This document shows positions 53,255-64,000 of a stretch of 64,000 nucleotides of DNA, piece after piece. A program made the translations under genes and the position numbers. The stretch comes from Macrostomum lignano (Eukaryota): NCBI GenBank assembly GCA_002269645.1, contig NIVC01003806.1, positions 1-64,000 of the forward strand. The letters are read 5' to 3'. Each line of letters begins with the position of its first letter. The stretch's first letter is position 1. The notes under the pieces are model-generated. The model worked only from the letters and a program-made list of their open reading frames with translations. It did no database searches and was not told the DNA's origin.

Positions 53255-53515
53255 CAGGTAAGACCTGAGTGATTCCAGGTAAGACCTGAGTGATTCTAGG
53301 TAAGACCTGAGTGATTCCAGGTAAGACCTGAGTGATTCTAGGTAAGACCTGAGTGATTCCAGGTAAGAGCTGAGTGATTCCAGGTAAGACCTGAGTGATT
53401 CCATGTAAGAGCTGAGTGATTCCAGGTAAGAGCTGAGTGATTCCAGGTAAGACCTGAGTGATTCCAGGTAAGAGCTGAGTGATTCCAGGTAAGAGCTGAG
53501 TGATTCCAGGTAAGA
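53255..53515. repeat. 21-bp minisatellite (TGAGTGATTCCAGGTAAGASC), 13 units
   Basis: Counted directly. Confidence 0.95.
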
Positions 53516-54039
53516 GACAGAGGCGTCCATAACGTGTGGAACGCTAGGGGGTATAATTTTTCACCTGAAGAAAAAAGCACAGATTGTTGCAGAATTTGTA
53601 GCGGACTTGCTGCTGTTAACTAATCACCAATTACATGCAGACGACAGACAAGAAAGAGCTCTATCCCTACTCACGGGCGCCAACCCTCCCCAGCAACTGC
53701 CTGTGAGCTGCTAAGCTGTCAGTTCAGGTGGGAGGCTCTGGCAGCACCACATATGGATTGACAGGTCTCTTGGCTCGGCTGAAGATGGAATTTGACGGAC
53801 GGGAAATGCCTCTGCGGGGGGTTGAGAAGGAGGCGGAGAAACGAGGGGTTGATTGCCCGTCAAAGTTTTTAGTTTTCAGCGTAAAGTGATTGACATCCCT
53901 GAGAATTTTGCTTTCTAACGTTTGAAGCAATTATCGAACAGCTCGCTTGAGGTGAGCTGTGGCTAGAAATAGGTTCAGGTTGCCCCTCATTTTGAGAATC
54001 ATAGGCTGGGATTCCAGATAATAATTTGGGATTCTATGG

Positions 54040-54462
54040 GACAAGTGAGGTCCGATTCTGTGGGATATTTGAGCTGGGATTCTATGGGATAATTGAGGTG
54101 GGATTCTGCAGGATAATTGAGGTGGGATTCTATGGGATAACTGAGGTGGGATTCTGTGGGATAATTGAGGTGGGATTCTGAGGGATAATTGAGGTGGGAT
54201 TCTGTGGGATAATTGAGGTGGGATTCTATGGGATAACTGAGGTGGGATTCTATGGGATAAATGAGGTGGGATTCTGTGGGATAATTGAGGTGGGATTCTG
54301 AGGGATAATTGAGGTGGGATTCTATGGGATAACTGAGGTGGGATTCTATGGGATAACTGAGGTGGGATTCTGTGGGATAATTGAGGTGGGATTCTGTGGG
54401 ATAATTGAGGTGGGATTCTATGGGATAATTGAGGTGGGATTCTATGGGATAATTGAGGTGGA
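54040..54462. repeat. 24-bp minisatellite (GGGATAATTGAGGTGGGATTCTAT)
   Basis: Directly visible. Confidence 0.95.
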
Positions 54463-54919
54463 ATAAACGTTTCATTGTTTCTGAGAACGAAATTTCACAA
54501 TATACGACAGAAGGAGTTCGGGATACCAGAAAAGGAATTTGGTATCCAGGGGGACGCCCGACAAACAACTGAAAAGTAGAAAGTGCAGCGACTCACGCGG
54601 TAACTTGCGCGGGAAGCTGTGCTCAGCTCTCCCAGGCTACTTGGCTTTGAATGAGGTGGAAAGGCAACGGGGGGGGGCGGCAAACCGGGCCGGTTGCGAT
54701 GGTCCAGAATCGGGTCGCGGCTGGGCCAAGAGGCTGCCTGAATTCACATATCAATCATCAGTCCGACCCGCTGTTTCAAAGGCCTCCCTGATTGGCTGGA
54801 GGCCTGCGGGCCGATCAGGGCCAGCTGGGATTTACGAATTGATTCAGATCGCAGGAGGGGCCTTCCTTTGTTGGAGAGGCTTGCAGCGCTTGCCAGTAGT
54901 TTGCTAAAGTGTAGCCACA

Positions 54920-55452
54920 TGATTCCATTCCACCCCCTGAGATTTCCATTCCACACCCTGAGATTTCCATTCCACACCCTGAGATTTCCATTCCACACCC
55001 TGAGATTTCCATTCCACACCCTGAGATTTCCATTCCACACCCTGAGATTTTCATTCCACACCCTGAGATTTCCATTCCAAACCCTGAGATTTCCATTCCA
55101 CACCATGAGATTTCCATTCAACACCCTGAGATTTCCATTCCACACCCTGAGATTTCCATTCCACACCCTGAGATTTCCATTCCACACCCTGAGATTTCCA
55201 TTCCACACCCTGAGATTTCCATTCCACACCCTGAGATTTCCATTCCACACCCTGAGATTTCCATTCCACACCCTGAGATTTCCATTCCACACCCTGAGAT
55301 TTCCATTCCACACCCTGAGATTTCCATTCCACACCCTGAGATTTCCATTCCACACCCTGAGATTTCCATTCCACACCCTGAGATTTCCATTCCACACCCT
55401 GAGATTTCCATTCCACACCCTGAGATTTCCATTCCACACCCTGAGATTTCCA
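54920..55452. repeat. 21-bp minisatellite (CTGAGATTTCCATTCCACACC)
   Basis: Directly visible, highly homogeneous. Confidence 0.97.
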
Positions 55453-55704
55453 GTCTGTAGCTAATTAAGCAGAGTTTCGGTTCAGCTATTACTTAAGTTT
55501 TTGTTAATCAATTTCGTAAGAAAAACGCAGCATAACCGGCATACTCTACTGCAGCTAGTAGCCGAACATGCAACCGTAGTACACACTTACAAGTGTCACA
55601 TGACAATTGGCTAATTTAAATCAAATTACTCGTATCATAATATTAGAACTTGCTGTCTAAATTATTTTAGAAATACAGGTAAACAGATAAGTAAACAGAT
55701 ATCA

Positions 55705-56495
55705 AAAGACAGGTGATGTGGTTACAAAGATCTACCAAAAGGCAGGTGATGTAGTTACAAAGATCTACCAAAAGACAGGTGATGTGGTTACAAAGATCTA
55801 CCAAAGGACAGGTGATGTGGTTACAAAGATCTACCAAAGGACAGGTGATGTGGTTACAAAGATCTACCAAAGGACAGGTGATGTGGTTACAAAGATCTAC
55901 CAAAGGACAGGTGATGTGGTTACAAAGATCTACCAAAGGACAGGTGATGTGGTTACAAAGATCCACCAAAGGACAGGTGATGTGGTTACAAAGATCTACC
56001 AAAGGACAGGTGATGTGGTTACAAAGATCCAATTTGAGACAGGTGATGTGGTTACAAAGATCCAATTTGAGACAGGTGATGTGGTTACAAAGATCTACCA
56101 AAGGACAGGTGATGTGGTTACAAAGATCTACCAAAGGACAGGTGATGTGGTTACAAAGATCTACCAAAGGACAGGTGATGTGGTTACAAAGATCTACCAA
56201 AGGACAGGTGATGTGGTTACAAAGATCCACCAAAGGACAGGTGATGTGGTTACAAAGATCTACCAAAGGACAGGTGATGTGGTTACAAAGATCCAATTTG
56301 AGACAGGTGATGTGGTTACAAAGATCTACCAAAGGACAGGTGATGTGGTTACAAAGATCCACCAAAGGACAGGTGATGTGGTTACAAAGATCTACCAAAG
56401 GACAGGTGATGTGGATACAAAGATCTACCAAAGGACAGGTGATGTGGTTACAAAGATCCACCAAAAGGCAGGTGATGTGGTTGCAGAGATCTATC
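55705..56495. repeat. 33-bp minisatellite (GGTGATGTGGTTACAAAGATCTACCAAAGGACA), family Z site 2
   Basis: Directly visible. Confidence 0.95.
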
Positions 56496-56902
56496 AGTGA
56501 GCATCACTACAGGACAGGTAAATCAATTCCATATTAATCAATAATAGTTGAAGTTCCCAAGCGGAGTTGCTAGTCGGTGTTCACTGTCAGGCCCAAGCGG
56601 TTGCCAGTTCGCCAGCAAGAGCCGCCCGGAAACGCGGTCATGCGTTCGTCCCCAGCAGTGCAATGCCTCAAATGCAGACTTGTTCAATGGAAAGCTGAAA
56701 GGCAAAGCGGGCTGAGGGGTATCGCAGTGCGCATAAACAGTGCAGGCAGGCAGGCAGGCATGGAACTGAATTCCGCAGCCAGAATAAAGCACAGACAGCA
56801 GTGGGCTGCTTCTTATTATTTCATTCAGTTAGTTGAAAATGCCGTTATTCAATGAAGGAGAACCGAAGCCAGAGTACCGCGCTACTGGAGACATGCAGAA
56901 AC

Positions 56903-56909
56903 ACAAAAG

Positions 56910-56986
<77 letters not shown>

Positions 56987-56990
56987 GGGA
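56903..56990. repeat. (GA)n microsatellite
   Basis: Directly visible. Confidence 0.95.
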
Positions 56991-57204
56991 CGAACAGAAA
57001 GAAGCAAGGCAAAAGCAACTTGTAGCAATAGGTTGGTAAAAAGAAGCAGATACCGTAGTTTGCAATATATTACACTACTACAAAAATGCTGATTCTAAAA
57101 TAGCGAATAGAGTTTTTACGTTATCTGCTTTTGTCTGAGCCTCTTTAAATGTTAATGGAGCAGTTCTCCGATGGCTAAGCACCCCTCCGGGTTCCCTGTC
57201 GCCA

Positions 57205-57882
57205 CCACTCACAACACCCAGTTGGCTTGGCATTCCTCACAACACCCAGTTGGCTTGTCATTCCTCACAACACCCAGTTGGCTTGTCATTCCTCACAACA
57301 CCCAGTTGGCTTGTCATTCCTCACAACACCCAGTTGGCTTGTCATTCCTCACAACACCCAGTTGGCTTGTCATTCCTCACAACACCCAGTTGGCTTGGCG
57401 CCCCTCACAACACCCAGTTGGCGCCCCTCACAACACCCAGTTGGCTTGGCGCCTCTCACAACACCCAGTTGGCTTGGCATTCCTCACAACACCCAGTTGG
57501 CTTGTCATTCCTCACAACACCCAGTTGGCTTGGCGCCCCTCACAACACCCAGTTGACTTGGCGCCCCTCACAACACCCAGTTGGCTTGGCGCCCCTCACA
57601 ACACCCAGTTGACTTGGCGCCCCTCACAACACCCAGTTGGCTTGGCGCCACTCACAACACCCAGTTGGCGCCACTCACAACACCCAGTTGGCTTGGCGCC
57701 ACTCACAACACCCAGTTGGCGCCCCTCACAACACCCAGTTGGCTTGGCGCCACTCACAACACCCAGTTGGCGCCACTCACAACACCCAGTTGGCTTGGCG
57801 CCACTCACAACACCCAGTTGGCGCCCCTCACAACACCCAGTTGGCTTGGCACCACTCACAACAGCCAGTTGGCGCCACTCAC
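57205..57882. repeat. 23/28-bp minisatellite (TCACAACACCCAGTTGG[CTTGG]CGCCAC)
   Basis: Directly visible. Confidence 0.95.
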
Positions 57883-58941
57883 GGCGCCTTCTGAGCAGGC
57901 ATTCTCCATTCCGCAGGCGCCATTCACCTCCTTGTCCCAAGCGTGCAGCTCATCAGAGCATCAAAGTGTAATTCTTATCCACCTTATCGTGTTATGACGG
58001 CAGCTTGTAAATTCTGCAGTTCTACAAGGTGCCCCGCTGTTTTAGGCTTGTAAAAAGTAAGACACCATTATGGTAGCAGATGCTACTGTAGACAGAAACG
58101 CATCATTTCAGCTTCTGTTGCAGCTGCCGAGTTTCCAAGCTCAAATTCTTTTCTGCTTCATCTCTGCATTTTCATTTTCCATCACTGCCTCCCTCTTGCT
58201 TGCACTGCACCCTGCCGCGCCAGGCAATTTCTTAGCAAACAGGGCGCCTCTTTCTCTCAAGACAAGTTTACTGAACACAAACAAACTGTGGTTGGTTCTG
58301 CCTGTCTGTCTGCCTGATTGTGTGCGCTCTGCGTGTTTATGAAGCCCAGGCCCTCCGGCTCTGTGCGCCTGGCACGCACCAGCACAATTGCCAATTATTC
58401 TGGCTCTTTGCTCTGCCACTCCGACTCTCGAGTGACTCAGAATCTCCACACACGCGCACACAGCTCCATCTCATATTTTTTATTATAGAAAGAATATTGT
58501 CCATCCATCACCGAGTTCGACCCAACCTTGAGCACACGCCCGCTCGCTCAGTGAGTTCTCGACTCTCTTAGCAGAGAGGGTCGAGCCAGCCCCCCCCCCG
58601 AGCTCTGCCAGTTGCTAACCAAAACTTTCTGAGTAGTTTTGACAGAGCCAAGGTGAGGAAGGCCTGGACACAATAGGACTGGGACAGGCAGTCCATATTG
58701 CCGTCCGTCTCAGCCTCGGGCTCAAAAGATAAGGACCGAAGCCTCATAGCCTTAAAAAATAAGAAGAGACAGAGAAAGCAGCAATAAAAGAAGACTTCAA
58801 GCGCTTTTTTTGTCTGCTCGACTTGCTTTTGCTTTCAGCAGCAGCCGAGGCATCTTGCTGGCTAAACATGGAAAACTGCCTGCCCGCGCTTCTGTAGCCA
58901 CTTCGCATTTTAGTTTCTTTGAAATTCCACTTTTTTCTGCA

Positions 58942-59002
58942 ATGGCGCTTCGCAGCATCTGTTTTAGCGGCTTCATCTGCCTCGTACTGTTGAGCGCTGC
59001 CG
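58942..59002 (+). CDS. NOTCH: Notch exon 1 (signal peptide)
   Basis: MALRSICFSGFICLVLLSAA; donor G|GTGAGT, phase 1, matching the acceptor at 60239. Confidence 0.8.
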
Positions 59003-59032
59003 GTGAGTTGCGACTGGAAACTCCCATTGGAA

Positions 59033-60217
59033 GAGTGACAAACTGGTAGGGTGACAAACTGGTAGGGTGACAAACTGGTAGGGTGACAAACTGGTAGGGT
59101 GACAAACTGGTAGGGTGACAAACTGGTAGGGTGACAAACTGGTAGGGTGACAAACTGGTAGGGTGACAAACTGGTAGGGTGACAAACTGGTAGGGTGACA
59201 AACTGGTAGGGTGACAAACTGGTAGGGTGACAAACTGGTAGGGTGACAAACTGGTAGGGTGACAAACTGGTAGGGTGACAAACTGGTAGGGTGACAAACT
59301 GGTAGGGTGACAAACTGGTAGGGTGACAAACTGGTAGGGTGACAAACTGGTAGGGTGACAAACTGGTAGGGTGACAAACTGGTAGGGTGACAAACTGGTA
59401 GGGTGACAAACTGGTAGGGTGACAAACTGGTAGGGTGACAAACTGGTAGGGTGACAAACTGGTAGGGTGACAAACTGGTAGGGTGACAAACTGGTAGGGT
59501 GACAAACTGGTAGGGTGACAAACTGGTAGGGTGACAAACTGGTAGGGTGACAATGACAAACTGGTAGGGTGACAAACTGGTAGGGTGACAAACTGGTAGG
59601 GTGACAAACTGGTAGGGTGACAAACTGGTAGGGTGACAAACTGGTAGGGTGACAAACTGGTAGGGTGACAAACTGGTAGGGTGACAAACTGGTAGGGTGA
59701 CAAACTGGTAGGGTGACAATGACAAACTGGTAGGGTGACAAAATGGTAGGGTGACAAGCTGGTAGGGTGACAAACTGGTAGGGTGACAAACTGGTAGGGT
59801 GACAAACTGGTAGGGTGACAAACTGGTAGGGTGACAAAATGGTAGGGTGACAATGACAAACTGGTAGGGTGACAAACTGGTAGGGTGACAAAATGGTAGG
59901 GTGACAAACTGGTAGGGTGACAAAATGGTTGGGTGACAAAATGGTAGGGTGACAATGACAAACTGGTAGGGTGACAAAATGGTTGGGTGACAAACTGGTA
60001 GAGCCAAACCACATGGAAAGCCAAACCACAGGAGAGCCAAACCACATGAAAAGCCAAACCACATAGAAAGCCAAACCACACGGAAAGCCAAACCACATGG
60101 AAAGCCAAACCACATGGAAAGCCAAACCACATGGAAAGCCAAACCACATGGAAAGCCAAACCACACGGAAAGCCAAACCACATGGAAAGCCAAACCACAT
60201 GGAAAGCTAAACCACAG
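59033..60217. repeat. Two arrays filling Notch intron 1 (16-bp GGTAGGGTGACAAACT, then 17-bp GGAAAGCCAAACCACAT)
   Basis: Directly visible; the unit switches at ~60001. Confidence 0.97.
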
Positions 60218-60239
60218 GTGTTAAACCAACATCCCTCAG

Positions 60240-61001
60240 TCTCGGCGGTGAGTCCCTCGGCAGACCCGACCGCCGACGCCTGCCACCCCACGGACCGGCC
60301 GTGCGAAAACGGCGGCACCTGCCTGAGCCTGCCGGACGGCCGCCGGATCTGCCAGTGCCCGAACGGCTGGATCGGCGCCAACTGCTCCGTGGACCTGAAC
60401 GAGTGCGAATCCTCGCCCTGCAGGAACGGCGGCACCTGCACCAACCTGCTCAACCGGAAGTTCCGCTGCGACTGTGTCGACGGCTTCGTTGGCGTCTTGT
60501 GTGAGTTCGCCGACCCCTGCCTTAGTCGGAAATGCGCGGAGGGCGCCACCTGCTCAGTGCGCTACCCCAACTGGACGGAGAGGATCTGCACCTGCCCGCC
60601 GGGCTACACAGGTGACGACTGCAGCGAAGACGTGGACGAGTGCTCGGTGGCCACCACAGAAGTTTGCCTGAACGGCGGCACCTGCCAGAACCTGCCCGGC
60701 TCCTACAGCTGCCGCTGCCCTCGGCACTACAAGGGCTTCGACTGCTCCGAGCTGCTCGACAACAGCTGCGACCTGAATCCGTGCCTAAACGGCGGCACCT
60801 GCTTGCACTCGATGTCCTCGACAACCCCGTACTCGTGCATCTGCCCGACTGGCTACTCGGGCGACAAATGCCAGCTGGAGCCTCCGAAGCAGCCCGACTG
60901 CCGGAGCGAGCCCTGCCTGCACGGCGGGCTGTGCTTTGAGGAGACGGGCGGCGGTGAAGTGTCGGGCAACTTCAGCTGCCGCTGCCCGCAGGGATTCAGC
61001 G
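60240..61001 (+). CDS. NOTCH: Notch exon 2 (EGF repeats 1-6)
   Basis: Six 6-Cys EGF modules, two of them Ca-binding type (DLNEC, DVDEC); acceptor CCCTCAG|TC; donor G|GTGAGA. Confidence 0.92.
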
Positions 61002-61118
61002 GTGAGAGACTGCTGGACTCTTGGACTTGACTGTCTCTGTCATTGTGGCTCATGGGATTGTGGCGGCTGCAGGTGCTGATTAAATGGTGAAATTACTCCC
61101 ACTTATTTCAATTTTCAG

Positions 61119-61249
61119 GAAGCCGCTGCGAAATCTCGGAACAAAGAGCTTCCAGTACCGACCCCTGCCGCGCGAACCCCTGCTCCAACGGTGGCACCTG
61201 CGTCACTGCTGCTGACACTTACAGCTGCCAGTGCAAACCTGGCTTTCAG
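61119..61249 (+). CDS. NOTCH: Notch exon 3 (EGF repeat 7)
   Basis: Acceptor TTTTCAG|GA; [33 protein letters not shown]; donor CAG|GTAGGG. Confidence 0.9.
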
Positions 61250-61264
61250 GTAGGGCTGCAATCA

Positions 61265-61925
<661 letters not shown>

Positions 61926-61945
61926 AGGCCTGATTCACCATTCAG

Positions 61946-62962
61946 GGCCGGCATTGCGGCGAACGGCAGCCGAAGCTCCCGGTGAATCCTCCTGCAGACG
62001 CTGACGATGGCACTGCGGCCGGAGACCACTGGGCGGACTGTTTGGCTCACCTGAAACACCGTTGCCGCGTTGTCTTTGCTGACGGGCACTGCGACCCAGA
62101 GTGCGCCTCCTCCGGCGCCTGCCTGCGCGATGGTCTCGACTGCGCCGCAGATCTCGGCGACTGCCCGGCCGCAGTCAGCGCCCACTGCGTTCGCGTCTTC
62201 GGCAACGGTCGCTGCGATCAGCTGTGCAACACCTCCGCCTGCCTGCTGGACGGCGGCGACTGCCTGGCGTCGGGGACGCAGACCCGCGCTTGGCTAGACC
62301 TGCTGGTGGCTGCCACGCGGGATCGCCTCCTGGCCGAGCTGCCGAGCCTGCTCAGCCAGCTGTCGCGCAGCCTCCGCCTCATTCTGCAACTGGACGGCGA
62401 GCCCGAAGTAGCTGGCGGCGACTCTCTTCGAGTGCGGCTTCGAGTGCTCGGCTGCCTCGGCAGCGTCGGCGCGGAATGCAGCATGACGACAGCAACTGGC
62501 AAGGAGGCTGGCCGGCTGCTGGCGGAGCTGCTGCATCAGCGGCGTCTCCGGTTGCCGCTGCCTCTGGTCGTGCTGACGGACCAGCCTAATCTGTCGAAGC
62601 CAACGCCGCAGCCGCCCAATGAAGGTGGCAGCCAGCTGGTGGCGCTGCTGATCGCCATCTGCAGCCTGTTCTCCTTCGCTCTGCTGGCCGGGGTGCTGTA
62701 CATGGCTGCCAGGCGCAAGCGGGTTGCCACCAGCGGCACCTGGTATCCGCCGGGCTTCCGGCCGGCCGCAAAGTCCTCCAACCACGCCGCGGCATCGTCT
62801 TCAACGGCTGCAGCCGGTCAAGACTCATCCTCCATGTCGCTATCCCTGTCGTCGTCCTCGTCGCCGCTAGAGACGATGGTCCAGTGCGGCGACCGCGGTG
62901 GCGGCGTCTCTTGTCGCCTGCTGGGGCCTCCGGCGTTTAAGCGGACGAAGTATGAGGATACG
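61946..62962 (+). CDS. NOTCH: Notch exon 4 (2 LNR, HD/NOD region, TM, RAM)
   Basis: Acceptor CATTCAG|GGC completes EGF7 (GRHC). Two LNR motifs (FADGHCDPEC..DGLDC, FGNGRCDQLCNTSACLLDGGDC); TM then RRKR; RAM-like TWYPPGF; donor ACG|GTGAGC. Confidence 0.9.
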
Positions 62963-62984
62963 GTGAGCACGAGTAGTTCGAAAA

Positions 62985-63550
62985 ACCTGTTAGATACTCC
63001 ACAGACATCGGGTTACCTGCTGAAGCTGGTAGATACTCTACAGTCATCGGGTGGTTATTTGCTGGAGCTGGTAGATGCTCTACAGTCATCGGGAGGTTAT
63101 TTGCTGGAGCTAGTAGATACCCTACAGTCATTGGGTTATTTCGTGAAGCTGGTAGATACTCCACAGACATTGGGTTATCTGCTGAAGCTGGTAGATACTC
63201 CACAGTCATCGGGAGGTTATTTGCTGGAGCTGGTAGATACTCCACAGACATCGGGTTACCTGCTGAAGCTGTTAGATACTCCACAGACATCGGGTTACCT
63301 GCTGAAGCTGGTAGATACTCCACAGACATCGGGTTACCTGCTGAAGCTGGTAGATACTCTACAGAGACAGCAACACCTGAAGCTGTTAGATACCCACAGT
63401 CATCGGGTTACCTGCTGAAGCTGGTAGATACTCTACAGAGACAGCAACACCTGAAGCTGTTAGATACCCACAGTCATCGGGTTACCTGCTGAAGCTGGTA
63501 GATACTCTACAGAGACACAGCAACACCTGAAGCTGTTAGATACCCACAGA
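62985..63550. repeat. 39-bp minisatellite (CTGCTGAAGCTGGTAGATACTCCACAGACATCGGGTTAC) filling Notch intron 4
   Basis: Directly visible. Confidence 0.93.
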
Positions 63551-63621
63551 CATAGGAACACTGCTAGAATCAAATGGACGCAAACCGCATTTACAATGCT
63601 GACAAAATGAACCTCCTTCAG

Positions 63622-64000
63622 TCTTTTCTGCCCACAAGCCTGCTGGAGCCGCTAAACGCGATGCACTCAACGACCGACATGTCAACGGCCGCTACTCCGG
63701 CAGCTTCGGCATCTTCTATGGAGCTCCACCGCGTGATTGCCCCCCAAGGTGCAACTGAGACGCCGCTCCACTTGGCTGCTCGCTACTGCCGCGCCGATGC
63801 CACTCGACATCTGCTGGAGTCTGGCGCCGATCCTAACGCGCCAGACCAGTTTGGACGGACGCCACTCCATTTGGCCATCGCGTCTGGCGCGCACGGCGCC
63901 GCCCTGCTGCTGATGAGCGTGACCGGCGCCGATCTGAACGCCCGCTCGGACGACGGTGCCACGCCGCTGATCGTGGCGGCCAAATACTGCGAGCTGGAGA
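63622..64000 (+). CDS. NOTCH: Notch exon 5 (ankyrin repeats), truncated by the window end
   Basis: Phase-0 acceptor CCTTCAG|TCT; [49 protein letters not shown] is Notch-type ANK. Not in the ORF track. Confidence 0.88.

Noticed and set aside
60218-60239. Alternative Notch exon 2 acceptor ACCACAG|GTG at the array end
   Set aside because: It is phase 0 and so incompatible with the phase-1 donor at 59002. The acceptor at 60239 fits.

Overview
Animal (metazoan) genomic DNA, not prokaryotic. GC-rich exons sit among about 40 minisatellite and microsatellite arrays, which fill most introns and much of the intergenic space. This style resembles the flatworm Macrostomum, but that is inference only. 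By hand I could splice six genes, with exon phases checked for the five multi-exon genes. (1) The last exon of a DDX28-like DEAD-box helicase, with frameshifts (+). (2) A 3-exon C2H2/ELM2/SANT TRERF1/ZNF541-family gene (+, ~1079 aa). (3) A 3-exon spastin (+, ~476 aa). (4) A 3-exon PRKX-type PKA-like kinase (+, ~349 aa). (5) A 5-exon D2-like dopamine receptor (-, ~585 aa). (6) A Notch receptor running off the right edge (+) with an unusually compact ectodomain of 7 EGF and 2 LNR repeats. The window also holds two tRNA-derived SINE families (one full copy with a 12-bp TSD; one CORE-like family in two copies), a double-hairpin AT-rich insert, a ~2.2-kb tandem duplication, and three minisatellite families that recur at distant sites. 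Most long ORFs in the supplied track are repeat artefacts. There is no CRISPR array, rRNA or credible tRNA gene.
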